Source: Armatimonadota bacterium | GTDB taxonomy: Bacteria; Armatimonadota; HRBIN16 | NCBI GenBank assembly: GCA_963677485.1 | Contig: OY781964.1 | Span: 1,024,001 to 1,088,000, forward strand | Direction: 5' to 3' | Length of the DNA: 64,000 nucleotides | Shown: positions 19,475 through 30,436 of the stretch, piece after piece | How the letters are laid out: every line of letters starts with the position of its first letter | How positions within the stretch are numbered: the stretch's first letter is position 1 | Notes under the pieces: generated by a model | What the model saw: the letters and a program-made list of their open reading frames with translations, nothing else | The model's database searches: none | Told to the model about the DNA's origin: nothing | Translations under genes and position numbers: made by a program

Positions 19475-20827
19475 ATGAAGCGAAGTAACTGGACCGAGCA
19501 AGCCTGGATGACCATATCCCTAGGCAGCCTGCTGATTGAGCAGATGCAAAACCGCGACGAGGGTAAACAAATCCCCATCGAGGTGCAAAATCAAATAGAA
19601 GAGCTGCTTAAGGCGGACTGGTCCGTTGACGGTAAAGTGGAGGCTGGAGAAGCTCTTCTCGATCGTATCTCGGAACTGCCCATTCGTCCAGACTTCCCAT
19701 ACCATGAGCCCAGTGACCGTGAAGGCATCGCCGCAGCCGCAGCTCACAACCCTGAGATGGCGGTATCCGATAATCTGGCCTTCCTGGAGGACCGCGTATA
19801 CGGCGGCTGGCTGGGACGCGCAGCCGGATGCCTGCTGGGTAAGCCGGTGGAGGGTTGGAGCAGCCAGATGATACGTAAATATCTGGAAAGCCAGGGAGAA
19901 TGGCCGCTATGCGACTACTTCAGCATGACGGTCAGCGATGAGATCGCCGCGGAGTGCAATCTCAAGCAGTTAAGTCCACGCCTATTCCGCGAACATATGA
20001 GCGGAATGGTGGAGGACGACGACACCAACTACACCACGGTGGGGCTTGCCGTGCTCACGCAATATGGCCGAGGCTTTACCCCCCAGCAGATGGGCATTTT
20101 CTGGATGCAGAACATCCCCCTACTGCACCTCTGCACAGCGGAGCGAATCGCTTTTCTGAACATGGTCGCGGGGATTGAACCGCCGGAATCCGCCAGTTAT
20201 CGCAACGTCTGCCGCGAGTGGATCGGCGCACAGATCCGCGCAGACGCCTTCGGTTACGTCAACCCTGGTAAACCGGCCGAAGCAGCCGATATGGCCTGGC
20301 GTGACGCCTCCATCAGCCATGTCAAGAACGGCATCTACGGCGAGATGTGGGTGGCCGCGATGATCGCCTCCGCTTTCGTCCACGATCAGCCCGAGCAGGT
20401 CATCCTAGCCGGCTTGAACGAGATACCGGCCGAATGCCGGTTGAGTGCGGCGGTACGGCACATTATCGAACTCCATCATGCAGGAGTGACATATGATGAG
20501 GCCATTGCCGACATCCGCACCCGCTGGAATGAGCGCATCGGCCACCACTGGTGCCACACCATCAGCAATGCCGAGATCGTGTGTGTCGGGCTGCTGTGGG
20601 GCGGTCTCGACTTCGAGAAGAGCCTCTGCTACGCCGTAATGCCCGGTCTGGACACCGACTGCAACGGCGCCACGGTCGGCAGCGTACTGGGCGTGATGCT
20701 GGGAGCGAAGGCACTGCCGGACAAGTGGACCAATCCGCTGAATGACAGCCTCGAAACCGGAGTGGCAGGGTATCACCACTTGAGGTTATCCGAGATGGCC
20801 GCGCACACCGTGAAGTGCATAGGATAA
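19475..20827 (+). CDS. ADP-ribosylglycohydrolase-family protein (cytoplasmic)
   Basis: YGGWLGRAAGCLLGKPVEG, EDDDTNYT, EWIGAQIRAD, GLDTDCNGAT. Confidence 0.88.
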   Translation: MKRSNWTEQAWMTISLGSLLIEQMQNRDEGKQIPIEVQNQIEELLKADWSVDGKVEAGEALLDRISELPIRPDFPYHEPSDREGIAAAAAHNPEMAVSDNLAFLEDRVYGGWLGRAAGCLLGKPVEGWSSQMIRKYLESQGEWPLCDYFSMTVSDEIAAECNLKQLSPRLFREHMSGMVEDDDTNYTTVGLAVLTQYGRGFTPQQMGIFWMQNIPLLHLCTAERIAFLNMVAGIEPPESASYRNVCREWIGAQIRADAFGYVNPGKPAEAADMAWRDASISHVKNGIYGEMWVAAMIASAFVHDQPEQVILAGLNEIPAECRLSAAVRHIIELHHAGVTYDEAIADIRTRWNERIGHHWCHTISNAEIVCVGLLWGGLDFEKSLCYAVMPGLDTDCNGATVGSVLGVMLGAKALPDKWTNPLNDSLETGVAGYHHLRLSEMAAHTVKCIG

Positions 20828-20902
20828 CGTTCCCGTCCTGGGGCGTCCTCTGGACGCCCAAAGCCACAGCACCACACGAGTTTCGCTGTTGAACTGGAGC
20901 AA

Positions 20903-21502
20903 TTGGTGATGAATAATCCGATCATAAAGTGTCTTCGCCTTTACCAGCTATTCATCGTGTTTCTATTGTTGCCGGCTAAAGCACATGCTGATATCGGCGT
21001 ACCGATGATATTTATCACTGCACCTGGAATGCTTGCAGCTCTCATTCCGATCATCTTAATCGAAGGTGTTGTGATGTCAAAACAACTGGCGATCACACTT
21101 ACACAATCCCTTAAAGCTGCTTTCTATGGAAACATCGTATCAACAATTGTAGGCATTCCCGTGACCTGGGTGGCGCTGGTTGCCATTCAACTCTGCACTG
21201 GCGGAGGAGGTGCATATGGCCTTGACAGCCCTCTTAAACAGTTTCTTGCTGTCACTTGGCAGGCTCCATGGCTAATCCCCTATGAACCTGAATTGAAATG
21301 GATGATTCCTTCGGCAACTTTTTTCTTATTAGTGCCGTTTTTCTTTGTTTCTTGGAGGATAGAATACAAAGTTGCGAATAGACTACTGAAGGAAATAGAC
21401 CAAACGCAACTCAATGCTGCTGTCCGAAACGCAAATCTCGTCAGTTATGGTCTGCTTGCATTGATTGTGCTGGGATTCTTGTATATGGCGATCACAACAT
21501 AA
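20903..21502 (+). CDS. Hypothetical multi-pass membrane protein (AT-rich)
   Basis: Several hydrophobic segments; visibly lower GC than neighbours; start may be 20906 or 20909. Confidence 0.7.
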   Translation: MVMNNPIIKCLRLYQLFIVFLLLPAKAHADIGVPMIFITAPGMLAALIPIILIEGVVMSKQLAITLTQSLKAAFYGNIVSTIVGIPVTWVALVAIQLCTGGGGAYGLDSPLKQFLAVTWQAPWLIPYEPELKWMIPSATFFLLVPFFFVSWRIEYKVANRLLKEIDQTQLNAAVRNANLVSYGLLALIVLGFLYMAITT

Positions 21503-21539
21503 TGAAGCCGCACACCAAAGTGTCATCTGGAGGGTGAAT

Positions 21540-22823
21540 ATGTTGAAATTATCGTTACTAATCCTGGTGCTGCTTCTCGCGGCCAACTGCTGCCTCGCGG
21601 TCACCATCAACCCTCGCGAATACGGCGCGGTGGGGGATGGCAAGACCGATGACACCGCCGCTTTTCAAAAGGCGATTGACGAAGCTGCCAAGGGTGGCGG
21701 AACCGTGGTCTTCGCTCCGAAAGGCGAATACCTGATCGCAGGCACCATTGTGGTGCGTCCCAACACTACGCTGAAAGGTGAGTATTCAGGGCCAGGGGGC
21801 AACCGTGGGACGATCCTGCTGGCAACCGGCGGAAAAGGCCGCATTGACGGAAAAGGCTGCATCTATATGCAAGGCGGGAGCAGTGTCACCAACATCTCCA
21901 TCCGCTACCCCGAACAGGTCACCGACGCCGACCGTCCCATCCCGTATCCCTACGCCATCACGATGGACGGTTACACGCGTTTGGAGGAGATATTCCTGCT
22001 CAATCCTTACCTTGGCATTAACACCGACGGAGCACATGCCAACATGATCCGCAATGTGTGGGGTGAACCACTTAAAACAGGCATCAATGCCAACCACATC
22101 CACGACATCAGCCGCATCGAGAACGTACACTTCTGGCCGTACTACACCAACGATAAGCCGAAGCTGCGAGAGTGGGTGCAGCAGAACGGCATCGCCTTCC
22201 AGTTCGGACGCTCCGACTGGCAGTATGTGGTCAACACATTTTGTTATGGATACCATACCGGCTACAGGTTCTACCATACGGATGCCGTCAAGGATACACC
22301 GCTGCTGGGCGGCACCACCAACGGCAACTTCGTGGGGATAGGTGCCGACCGATGTATTATCGGGATCGATGTGGAGGACAGCTTCAACATAGGCATCAGC
22401 ATCGTCAACGGTGAGTTCGCGCCTTTCGGTGCCAGTGACTCGCAGGGGATATGGCTGCGCAAAGGCAATACCGGTAACCTGACGCTGGTGAACTGCAACT
22501 TCTGGGCGATTCCCAATGTGGTGGCTCAAATGGAGGACGGTTCACTGAACATGTCGGCGTGCAACATCCAAGAGTGGGCTCTGCACAGACCTAAACAGCC
22601 GGCGTTCGTGCTGACTGGCGGCCGGCTCAACGTCAACGGATGCACCTTCAACCAAAACGGCTACCTGGCCAGCCTTGATGGCAAACAAAGCAAAGCGCTA
22701 TTCACTGCCAATATAGGTCAGAACAAACTGACCGTGCTCAACAAAATCGGCAACCGCGCGGTCTTTGGCGCGAACAACCCTTCAGTGACGCTTTTGAAAG
22801 CTTCGCCAGAAACGGGGGAGTAG
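21540..22823 (+). CDS. Secreted right-handed beta-helix protein (Pectate_lyase_3 / GH28-related)
   Basis: ATG 21540 after GGAGG; signal peptide; NPREYGAVGDGKTDDTAAFQKAID; RIENVHFWP. Confidence 0.82.
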   Translation: MLKLSLLILVLLLAANCCLAVTINPREYGAVGDGKTDDTAAFQKAIDEAAKGGGTVVFAPKGEYLIAGTIVVRPNTTLKGEYSGPGGNRGTILLATGGKGRIDGKGCIYMQGGSSVTNISIRYPEQVTDADRPIPYPYAITMDGYTRLEEIFLLNPYLGINTDGAHANMIRNVWGEPLKTGINANHIHDISRIENVHFWPYYTNDKPKLREWVQQNGIAFQFGRSDWQYVVNTFCYGYHTGYRFYHTDAVKDTPLLGGTTNGNFVGIGADRCIIGIDVEDSFNIGISIVNGEFAPFGASDSQGIWLRKGNTGNLTLVNCNFWAIPNVVAQMEDGSLNMSACNIQEWALHRPKQPAFVLTGGRLNVNGCTFNQNGYLASLDGKQSKALFTANIGQNKLTVLNKIGNRAVFGANNPSVTLLKASPETGE

Positions 22824-22877
22824 AAGGTCGGTCATGTGGGCGAGGTGACCCCGCCCTGGGCACGGCACGCCATGCCC

Positions 22878-24149
22878 CTACCCGCCATCCTGCACACGTT
22901 TGGCTGCACCTTCGGCGGCCACCCAGCCGGTGCTCCAGGCGGCCATCAGGTTGTACCCGCCGGTGATGGCGTCGACATCGATCACTTCCCCACACAGGAA
23001 CAGCCCATCGACCAGTTTGCTCATCATGGTGCGCGGGTCGATCTCCTTGATATTTACCCCGCCGGAGGTGACTATCGCCTCATCGGCCGGGCGAAGCGCC
23101 TTCACGTGCAGCGTCATCTGCTTCAAGTGCGCGATCATCTGACGGCGCTGGCCCAGGGTGATTCGGCTCATCGGGGTGTCATGCGGGATGCCGTTCAGCA
23201 GCAAAAACGGCTGGATCAAGCTGCGCGGCAGCAGCTCGGGAAGGTAGTTCACAATCCACTTCGCTCCCACCAGTTCGCGGATCAGACGGGCATCGATCGT
23301 CGCCTCATCCAGTGCGGGTTTGAGGTCGATGGTCAGCATCACCTTGCCCTGTTCCAGCAGCGCAGGCACCTGCCGTGAGAGCGTCAAGATCACCGGTCCG
23401 CTCACGCCGAAGTGCGTGAACAACAGCTCACCGAACTCCTGCGCCACGCGGTGACGGTTGCCCTCTTCATCTAAACTATACAACCGTGCTTTCACGTTCT
23501 TAAGCGTCAACCCCTGAGCCATGGCTGGCCAGCTTTCCACGGTCACCATGCCGGTCAGGCTGGGGTAGATTGGCTCAATGGTGTGGCCTGCCTGCTCCGC
23601 CATCCCGTAACCATCGCCCGTGCTGCCGGTCAGCGGGTAACTCACGCCGCCCGTGCAGATCGCCACACAGGGTGCAGTGACCACGCGGTTTCCCAGCTTC
23701 ACCCCCGCGATGCGGCCATCTGCGATCTGCAGACCGCCCACACGCGTGTCGGTGACGATCTGCGCTTTCGCCTTGCGGACGAAACGCTCCAGAGCGTAGA
23801 CCACGTCTTCGGCCTCGTCGCTTTCGGGGAACACACGCCCGCCGCGCTCCACTTTAGTGGGCACACCGAGTTTGAGCAGCAGCTCGCGGATGTGGCTGCC
23901 TCCGAATTTGGTCAAGGGCCCATATAAGAACCGGCCGTTCGTGCCAAACGCCGCGATGGTGGTAGGCATGTCGGAGTCGCTGCACACGTTGCATCGGCCT
24001 TTACCGGCGATGGCGAGTTTCCGCCCCACCCTAGGGCCGCGCTCCAGCAGCAGCACCTTCAACCCCAGTTCGGCGGCGTGCCCGGCGCAAATTAGCCCCG
24101 AAGCACCCCCGCCGATGACGATCAGATCAGCATCATATTTGTTTTCCAT
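22878..24149 (-). CDS. HI0933/YhiN-family flavoprotein
   Basis: IGGGASG, GRKLAIAGKGRCN, GRVFP, TGGVSYP.TGSTGDG, LFTHFGVSGP, TGGYNL. Confidence 0.92.
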   Translation of the reverse strand: MENKYDADLIVIGGGASGLICAGHAAELGLKVLLLERGPRVGRKLAIAGKGRCNVCSDSDMPTTIAAFGTNGRFLYGPLTKFGGSHIRELLLKLGVPTKVERGGRVFPESDEAEDVVYALERFVRKAKAQIVTDTRVGGLQIADGRIAGVKLGNRVVTAPCVAICTGGVSYPLTGSTGDGYGMAEQAGHTIEPIYPSLTGMVTVESWPAMAQGLTLKNVKARLYSLDEEGNRHRVAQEFGELLFTHFGVSGPVILTLSRQVPALLEQGKVMLTIDLKPALDEATIDARLIRELVGAKWIVNYLPELLPRSLIQPFLLLNGIPHDTPMSRITLGQRRQMIAHLKQMTLHVKALRPADEAIVTSGGVNIKEIDPRTMMSKLVDGLFLCGEVIDVDAITGGYNLMAAWSTGWVAAEGAAKRVQDGG

Positions 24150-24175
24150 TACTTACAGTGTACTGTACCGTGGTA

Positions 24176-24403
24176 GGAGACTGGCGGAGGAGACAGGAGA
24201 TAGGAGGGGAGGAGTCAGGAGGAGAGGAGTCAGGAGACAGGACGGGAGTAATCGGAACGTCTTACTCGTCATTTTAAGGTTCATTAATACCACGAACATC
24301 GGACGGATGGGACGGACCGGACCGATGACAATGTGGGATACTCCTACTCTGCTGTCTCCTTCCTCCCGTCTCCTGACTCCTCTTCTCCTTCCTCCTCCCT
24401 CCC
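24176..24403. repeat. Inverted 7-mer tandem arrays (AGGAGWC / complement) enclosing a 9-mer array
   Basis: AGGAGAC/AGGAGTC run at 24176-24249 is mirrored by the CTCCT run at 24341-24403; CATCGGACGGATGGGACGGACCGGACCGAT lies inside. Confidence 0.8.
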
Positions 24404-24410
24404 CCGCGTG

Positions 24411-24439
24411 TTGACACATCACCGCACAATTGGTACAAT
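24411..24439 (+). promoter_or_regulatory. Sigma70-type promoter of tig-clpP-clpX
   Basis: TTGACA-17 bp-TACAAT with an extended TG. Confidence 0.75.
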
Positions 24440-24574
24440 GTTCACTTGGCAACATACGTCGCTTGGCATCATTTTGAAGCCGAGCTGCGGCAAGGGTGAA
24501 CCAAGTTCGTGGCGTTTTCCAACGGCACATCCCACTAAACCCAAGACTAAATTTTCGCTTGAGGATAAACAGCT

Positions 24575-25960
24575 ATGCAGGTATCAAAGGAAGTTCTTGA
24601 CGACAAGACAGTGCGTCTGCACGTGGAAGTGGACGCCGAGCGCGTCGCTAAGACGTACGAAAAGGTCTACCGTGAACTCAGCAAATATGTAAGGGTGAAG
24701 GGCTTCCGCCCCGGTAAAGCCCCCATCAGCTTCGTAAAACAAGAACTCAAACCTGAGTTTGTTTTCGAAGAGGTGGCGAAAAAGCTGATCAACCCCACGG
24801 CAACCGAAGCGATGCAGCAAGAAGGCATTGAGCCCTTTATGGTCACGCCGGACGTTGAGGCCCTGAAGCTGGAAGAGGGCGAGCCCATGAGCTACGACCT
24901 CGACATCCCCACCAAGCCCGAGGCCACCCTGGGCACCTACAAGGGTTTGAAGCTGACCAAATGTACCGTTGAAGTCACCGACGAGCAGGTTGAAGAAGAA
25001 ATCACCTCACGCCGCCGACAGGCTGGCACCAACCAGCGCGTGGATGAAGCAGCAGACATGGGACACACCGTGTTTGCGACCATCACCCCTCATGTAGAAG
25101 GCGAGCCAAACGCCCGCGGCGCCCTGCGCAAGTTCGTAGTGATAAACGAGGAAGCGCAAGCTGATGTTCTTGAAGGTCTGCTGTTTGGCATGAAAGCCTC
25201 CGAGACCAAGGAAGAGACCGTCACCTTCCCCGAGGATTACAAAGAGGCCGAATACGCTGGATTGACCGCGACTGTTGCAGTGCAGGTTCATGGCGTCAGT
25301 AAGATCATCGAGCCCACCGAAGAGCAGTTCCTGGAAAAATCCGGGGCCGCCAGCATGGAAGAGCTGACTACGCAGACCCGTGAGCGGATGGTCTCCTATC
25401 TGACAGAATCAGCCGAATCCACCAGCCGCCGCAACCTGGAAACCGCCTTGATGGAGAACAACCAGGTCAGCATTTCCCGCGTGCTGGTGATGGGCTTAGC
25501 TCAGCGCGAACTGGAGAACCAGGCTGAAACTCTCCGCCACCGCGGTTATTCACTAAAGCAGTTCCTAGAGCAGCGCAACATGACCCCCGAGCAGTACTTG
25601 CAGCAGCAGGCCGCCGAAGTCTACTACAACCTGTTTGTCTCGTCTGTTCTTGAGGCCATCGTAGAGGCTGAAGGCATCACCGCCACCGATGAAGAGCTGG
25701 AAGCACGCCTTGAAAAGCTGATCGCTGAAGCAGGCGAAGAGGCCGAACAGGCACGCGAAGCCGCTCAGCGTGACGATGTGAAGGCTAATGTCCGCCAGGC
25801 CCTCGCGACCGAGAAGGCAATTGAATGGCTGTGGTCCGAATCTGAAGTCACCGAGCAGGACCTGCGCGAGTTCATGGCGGAGCAGACCGCCAAGCGAATC
25901 GCCGAGCAGACCGCTGCCCAGGCTGAGGTCGCTGAAATCGAGGCGGCTCCAGAGGCTTAA
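24575..25960 (+). CDS. tig: Trigger factor
   Basis: GFRPGKAP signature, TFPEDY; synteny with clpPX. Confidence 0.92.
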   Translation: MQVSKEVLDDKTVRLHVEVDAERVAKTYEKVYRELSKYVRVKGFRPGKAPISFVKQELKPEFVFEEVAKKLINPTATEAMQQEGIEPFMVTPDVEALKLEEGEPMSYDLDIPTKPEATLGTYKGLKLTKCTVEVTDEQVEEEITSRRRQAGTNQRVDEAADMGHTVFATITPHVEGEPNARGALRKFVVINEEAQADVLEGLLFGMKASETKEETVTFPEDYKEAEYAGLTATVAVQVHGVSKIIEPTEEQFLEKSGAASMEELTTQTRERMVSYLTESAESTSRRNLETALMENNQVSISRVLVMGLAQRELENQAETLRHRGYSLKQFLEQRNMTPEQYLQQQAAEVYYNLFVSSVLEAIVEAEGITATDEELEARLEKLIAEAGEEAEQAREAAQRDDVKANVRQALATEKAIEWLWSESEVTEQDLREFMAEQTAKRIAEQTAAQAEVAEIEAAPEA

Positions 25961-26044
25961 GTCCAACCGGACAACCGTATCGGCGGCGCAGGACGAGGCA
26001 TCCAACAACCTCGCCCTGCGCCTTCTCAATTAGGAGGATATCCC

Positions 26045-26662
26045 ATGTCAGACAGACCTGAGAACTATTACATTCCCTACGTTCTGGAGCAGAGCGGAGG
26101 CATGCAGCACTCGTATGACCTGTGGTCACGGCTGTTAAAGGACCGCATCATTTTCCTGGGGGACGCCATCGATGACCATGTGGCGAATGTGGTCGTCGCG
26201 CAGATGCTCTTCCTTGAGAAGGAGAGCAACGATAAGGACATCGAGCTCTACATCAACAGCCCGGGCGGATCGGTGACCGATGGTCTGGCCATCTACGACA
26301 CCATGCAGATGCTGAAGTGCGATGTCGCGACCATCTGTGTGGGGCAAGCCGCCTCTATGGGTGCAGTCCTGCTTGCGGCCGGAGCTCCGGGTAAGCGTGT
26401 GTGCCTTGAGCACTCCCGCGTGATGATCCACCAGGTGAGTGCAGGCTTCCAGGGAACCGCCATTGATATCAACATCCAAGCCCAGGAGATTCTTCGCACC
26501 AACCAGATCCTTCATGACATCATTGCGCAGCACACCGGCAAGCCTGTGGATGAAGTGCTGCAAGCCACTTCGCGCGACAACTTCATGACCGCCGAAGAAG
26601 CCAAACAGTTCGGCATCGTGGATGTCGTGCTGGGCAAAAAGTCACGCTCCGACCTGAAATAA
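26045..26662 (+). CDS. clpP: ATP-dependent Clp protease proteolytic subunit
   Basis: [26 protein letters not shown]. Confidence 0.97.
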   Translation: MSDRPENYYIPYVLEQSGGMQHSYDLWSRLLKDRIIFLGDAIDDHVANVVVAQMLFLEKESNDKDIELYINSPGGSVTDGLAIYDTMQMLKCDVATICVGQAASMGAVLLAAGAPGKRVCLEHSRVMIHQVSAGFQGTAIDINIQAQEILRTNQILHDIIAQHTGKPVDEVLQATSRDNFMTAEEAKQFGIVDVVLGKKSRSDLK

Positions 26663-26680
26663 CTAAGGAATACAGCCTGA

Positions 26681-27928
26681 ATGCGTAGAAAAACCAACAG
26701 CGAGGTATGTACCCTCTGCGGCGAGTCCGTAGATGCGTATGTGCCCGGACGAATGGGCGTAGTGTGCATCAACTGCGTCGAGTACGCGCACACGCTCATC
26801 GAGGATGCCAAATCTGAAGGCAAAAAGAAGCCTGCGGTTTCGACAACTAAGCTGGACGAGCCGTTCATCAATCCGCCCAAGCCGCACCAGATATTCGCAG
26901 AGCTGAACAACTATGTGATCGGTCAGACCCAGGCGAAGCGGATGCTCAGTGTGGCGGTGTATAACCACTATAAGCGCATCAAAAGCCTGAGCTCCTCCGC
27001 CAATGAGGTGGAGCTGCAGAAGTCCAATGTGCTGATGATCGGCCCCACCGGCTGCGGCAAGACCCTACTGGCGCAGACCCTGGCCCGATACCTGAATGTG
27101 CCCTTTGCCATCGCCGATGCCACCACCCTGACCGAGGCCGGCTATGTGGGCGAGGATGTGGAAAACATCCTACTGCGACTGCTGCAGAGTGCCATGGTGG
27201 ACAACAACATGGACACCACGGTCGCCCGCGCTCAGCGGGGCATCATCTACATCGATGAGATCGACAAGATCGCCCGGAAGAGCGAGCACTCCAGCATCAC
27301 CCGTGACGTCTCCGGCGAGGGTGTGCAGCAGGCTCTACTGAAGATCATCGAGGGCACCGTATCCAATGTACCGCCAGTGGGGGGGCGAAAGCACCCCGAG
27401 CAGGCCTACATCGCCGTGGATACCAGCAACATCCTGTTCATCTGCGGAGGCGCCTTCCAGGGTCTGGAAGAGATCGTGCGCAAACGGCTGGGCGACCGCA
27501 GCCTGGGCTTTCGCGCCGCTCAGAAGCGCAGCGGGACGGACCTGACCCGCGGCGAGGTGCTAGCCGATGTCAGCCCGGATGACCTGATGAAGTTCGGACT
27601 GATCCCCGAGTTCATTGGCCGTCTGCCCAACATCACCGCCATCGACCCGTTGAGCGTGGACGACCTGGTGCGCATCATGACCGAGCCCAAAAACGCGCTG
27701 GTCAAGCAATACAAGGCGCTGGTGGGTATGGACGACATGGAGCTCAATTTCGAGCCTGAGGCCATCACTGAGATCGCCAAGCGGGCGGAAGCCCGCGGCA
27801 CCGGCGCACGCGCCTTGCGGGGCATCGTGGAGGGCATTATGATGGATGTGATGTTCGACGCGCCCAGCGACGACAGCATCAAGGCCATCACCATCGACGC
27901 AGAACTCAAGGCGAACATCGGCCGGTAA
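26681..27928 (+). CDS. clpX: ATP-dependent Clp protease ATP-binding subunit
   Basis: CxxC..Cxx[36 protein letters not shown] loop, GARALR. Confidence 0.97.
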   Translation: MRRKTNSEVCTLCGESVDAYVPGRMGVVCINCVEYAHTLIEDAKSEGKKKPAVSTTKLDEPFINPPKPHQIFAELNNYVIGQTQAKRMLSVAVYNHYKRIKSLSSSANEVELQKSNVLMIGPTGCGKTLLAQTLARYLNVPFAIADATTLTEAGYVGEDVENILLRLLQSAMVDNNMDTTVARAQRGIIYIDEIDKIARKSEHSSITRDVSGEGVQQALLKIIEGTVSNVPPVGGRKHPEQAYIAVDTSNILFICGGAFQGLEEIVRKRLGDRSLGFRAAQKRSGTDLTRGEVLADVSPDDLMKFGLIPEFIGRLPNITAIDPLSVDDLVRIMTEPKNALVKQYKALVGMDDMELNFEPEAITEIAKRAEARGTGARALRGIVEGIMMDVMFDAPSDDSIKAITIDAELKANIGR

Positions 27929-28006
27929 CGCTGGTTTGAGCCGCGATCCTGACGGGCAGCCGGCCACGGCTGCCCGTTTGCGTTTTAGTGGGGGGCAGCG
28001 GATAGC

Positions 28007-28466
28007 CTCACGCGGAGACGCGGAGGGGGATGGTGGCCCGAGCTTTATGGCCATGTCCGGGGCGGTCTGGCGGTTATCTCGCGGTGACGGACGCTCAAAG
28101 ACCGTGCCGGTCTATTTGAGTGCAGGCGGCACTTGGCCCGGAGGGGAGATTAATCCACAGATTGCGGCGGATTCCTAAGACAGCGCCGCCCCTGCCGCGA
28201 CATCAATGTCTCGGCTATTGACCAATATGACTGCTGAAGCAGCCTATGGTGCATTTACCCCAATCGGCACGGAGTGCCGCAGTCCGTTTCAACGGACTTG
28301 ATGATCAATAGCCGAGACATTTATGTCGCGGCGTCAGTCGCATACATGCCTTCTTATTCACGAGTGCCCTCCGCCTCCCCCATCTGTGTCATCCGCGTAA
28401 TCCGTGGTTCAGACAATACACATCTCCCCTCCGCGCCCTCCACGCCCTCAACGCCTCCGCGTGAGG
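28007..28466. repeat. Nested mosaic repeat cluster
   Basis: CTCACGCGGAGACGCGGAG (28007) and its inverse CTCCGCGTGAG (28465) enclose family B, the GCCGCGACAT.AATGTCTCGGCTA inverted pair (28194 / 28308) and a GGTTCAGACAA-ended array. Confidence 0.85.
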
Positions 28467-28469
28467 CCA

Positions 28470-28498
28470 TTGCGAAATTCTGTAACCGATGCTATACT
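28470..28498 (+). promoter_or_regulatory. Putative sigma70 promoter
   Basis: TTGCGA-17 bp-TATACT with an extended TG. Confidence 0.5.
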
Positions 28499-28555
28499 CT
28501 TGGTAATAACTCCGCCCCTTCAGACGTGTTCACCAATGCTGGAGGCCGGCTAAAA

Positions 28556-29203
28556 ATGGGTAACATGGTTCACTACACAAAAGACCCGGCACGCCTCACC
28601 AAGGCACTCATATCATGGATCATCGCATCAATCATCATAGCGGTGGCCACGATCTATAGCAACACCATGCATATTGGCGAGCTTGCAGCAGCGCCAACCG
28701 ACGCCCCTGCAGTCCCCAATGCCGCCGGTGCGCTTCTCATGCTGCTTGACTTTATCGTTGAGCTGACCGCCGGAATCATCTTCCTTCGCTGGGTATACAT
28801 CACCACCATCAACTGCCGAGGGTTCGGCGCGCGGGGTATGTCCTATAATCCCGGGCAGGCGGTCGGCACCTATTTCCTTCCGTTGTATTGTCTGTACAAG
28901 CCATACTACGCGCTAAAAGAGGTATGGCAGTGCAGCCAAAACCCCCTCCACTGGAAGGGCATGAAGGGCAGCCCGGCCATCATCAGTTGGTGGGTTTTGT
29001 GGCTTCTGTCCAGTTTCTACAGCAACATCGATCAAAACACGCCTTCCGCGGCCAATGATAGCTCAGTACTGGTAAGCTCAATGTACACCCAAATCATACA
29101 TATCATCATGTGCCTACTGGCGATTTATCTGGTCGCATCTATACGTAAAATGCAGGAAGCGTGGATCCACCAGAACACCGAAGAACCGCCGCAAGCCGAC
29201 TAA
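28556..29203 (+). CDS. DUF4328-like membrane protein
   Basis: ATG 28556 after GGAGG; FLRWVY, PGQAVGTYFLP..LYKPY..LKEVW, WWVLW. The longer ORF start runs through repeats. Confidence 0.7.
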   Translation: MGNMVHYTKDPARLTKALISWIIASIIIAVATIYSNTMHIGELAAAPTDAPAVPNAAGALLMLLDFIVELTAGIIFLRWVYITTINCRGFGARGMSYNPGQAVGTYFLPLYCLYKPYYALKEVWQCSQNPLHWKGMKGSPAIISWWVLWLLSSFYSNIDQNTPSAANDSSVLVSSMYTQIIHIIMCLLAIYLVASIRKMQEAWIHQNTEEPPQAD

Positions 29204-29222
29204 TCCTGAGGAAGGGGCGCCG

Positions 29223-30281
29223 ATGTCTCGACTACACAGCATACGCGATCTGGTCAACCGGATGATCTCAGGGTTCGACCCTGAGCTGCAGCCTTACGCC
29301 TACAATCACCTGCATGGCATAGCGCAGGCATCGTCACTGCTGGCGCTGAAGCGTGGTCTGGATGCGGAGTTGGCGGCGGTGGCGGGACTGATGCACGACC
29401 TCTACTCCTACACCACCGGCCTCACCAAGTTCCACGATCAGAACGGGGCCGAGATGATACGCCCCATTCTGCGCGACACGAAGCTGTTCAGCAGCTCTGA
29501 GCAGCAGTGCATCATCTCTGCGGTATTCCATCACTGCGACAAGCAGAACCAGCACGGTGCGTATGAGGAGCTTCTGAAGGACGCTGACGTGTTGGGGTAC
29601 TATCTGAACGACCCCGATTCGCCCGTGAATCTGGAGCGGACCGACCGGCTGAGCAGCCTGTTTACGGATCTTCAGATGTCCGCCCAACTGCCGGATTACT
29701 ACGACGCCCTGCCCGAGCCCAAACCGAAAAAGCACAAAGACCTGCGCAAGAAGCTGGCCGATATCGCCGAAACTCTAGCCAGCCAGGGCATCACCGGGAT
29801 ACCCTCCGACCCGTATTATCAGCAGATTTGCCAGTATTGGACGGGCGAGAATGTGATGAAGGAGATTTCCTGCAACTGGTGTGCGGCGTTTGTATACCAT
29901 TGCTGTTATGAGCATGGGTTCATACTGCCGATGCGTCATCCGCTGGTCTCCTGCCGATTCGCCTGCGTCGGGGCCTGGTTGGAGTGGGCGCAACTGCCCG
30001 AAAACGGCTACTGGCAAAGCAGTGATTCGAAGCACCAGCCCGAACGCGGTGACATCGTCATCTTCGACCAACTACTATCGAAAAGTCCCCACGACCACAT
30101 CGGGGTGCTTCTTCATGCCGACGCACAGAGAATCACAGTCGCCGAGGGCAACTCCGCTCACAACCGGTCGGCGGTGATCCAGCGGGATCGTGACCAGCAC
30201 GTGGCGGGATACATCCGTATGGACGATGTGTGTAAATATAACTCCAATGGCCGGTGCTACGACCCATCGGTGTTGGGGTGA
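29223..30281 (+). CDS. HD-domain / CHAP-domain fusion protein
   Basis: HD half: H..AGLMHD..HH..LKDAD. CHAP half: NWCAAFVYHC, PERGDIVIFD, HIGV, AEGN. Confidence 0.75.
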   Translation: MSRLHSIRDLVNRMISGFDPELQPYAYNHLHGIAQASSLLALKRGLDAELAAVAGLMHDLYSYTTGLTKFHDQNGAEMIRPILRDTKLFSSSEQQCIISAVFHHCDKQNQHGAYEELLKDADVLGYYLNDPDSPVNLERTDRLSSLFTDLQMSAQLPDYYDALPEPKPKKHKDLRKKLADIAETLASQGITGIPSDPYYQQICQYWTGENVMKEISCNWCAAFVYHCCYEHGFILPMRHPLVSCRFACVGAWLEWAQLPENGYWQSSDSKHQPERGDIVIFDQLLSKSPHDHIGVLLHADAQRITVAEGNSAHNRSAVIQRDRDQHVAGYIRMDDVCKYNSNGRCYDPSVLG

Positions 30282-30436
30282 CATCGCCCACGTGGTGATC
30301 CGGTACCACTGAGCTGTTGCCCCATCCTGACGATCACCATTGTTCCCATACCAAAAAACATCCGAATTGATTGTAATACAGAACCCAAATCTGCCTATTG
30401 ACGCTTGAATGACCGTGAAGATCATCATATTTTAGA

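Noticed and set aside
16792-20827. ADP-ribosylglycohydrolases as antitoxins of the intervening TA pair
   Set aside because: The toxin is a PIN RNase, not an ADP-ribosyltransferase; one hydrolase is secreted and the context is sugar catabolism.
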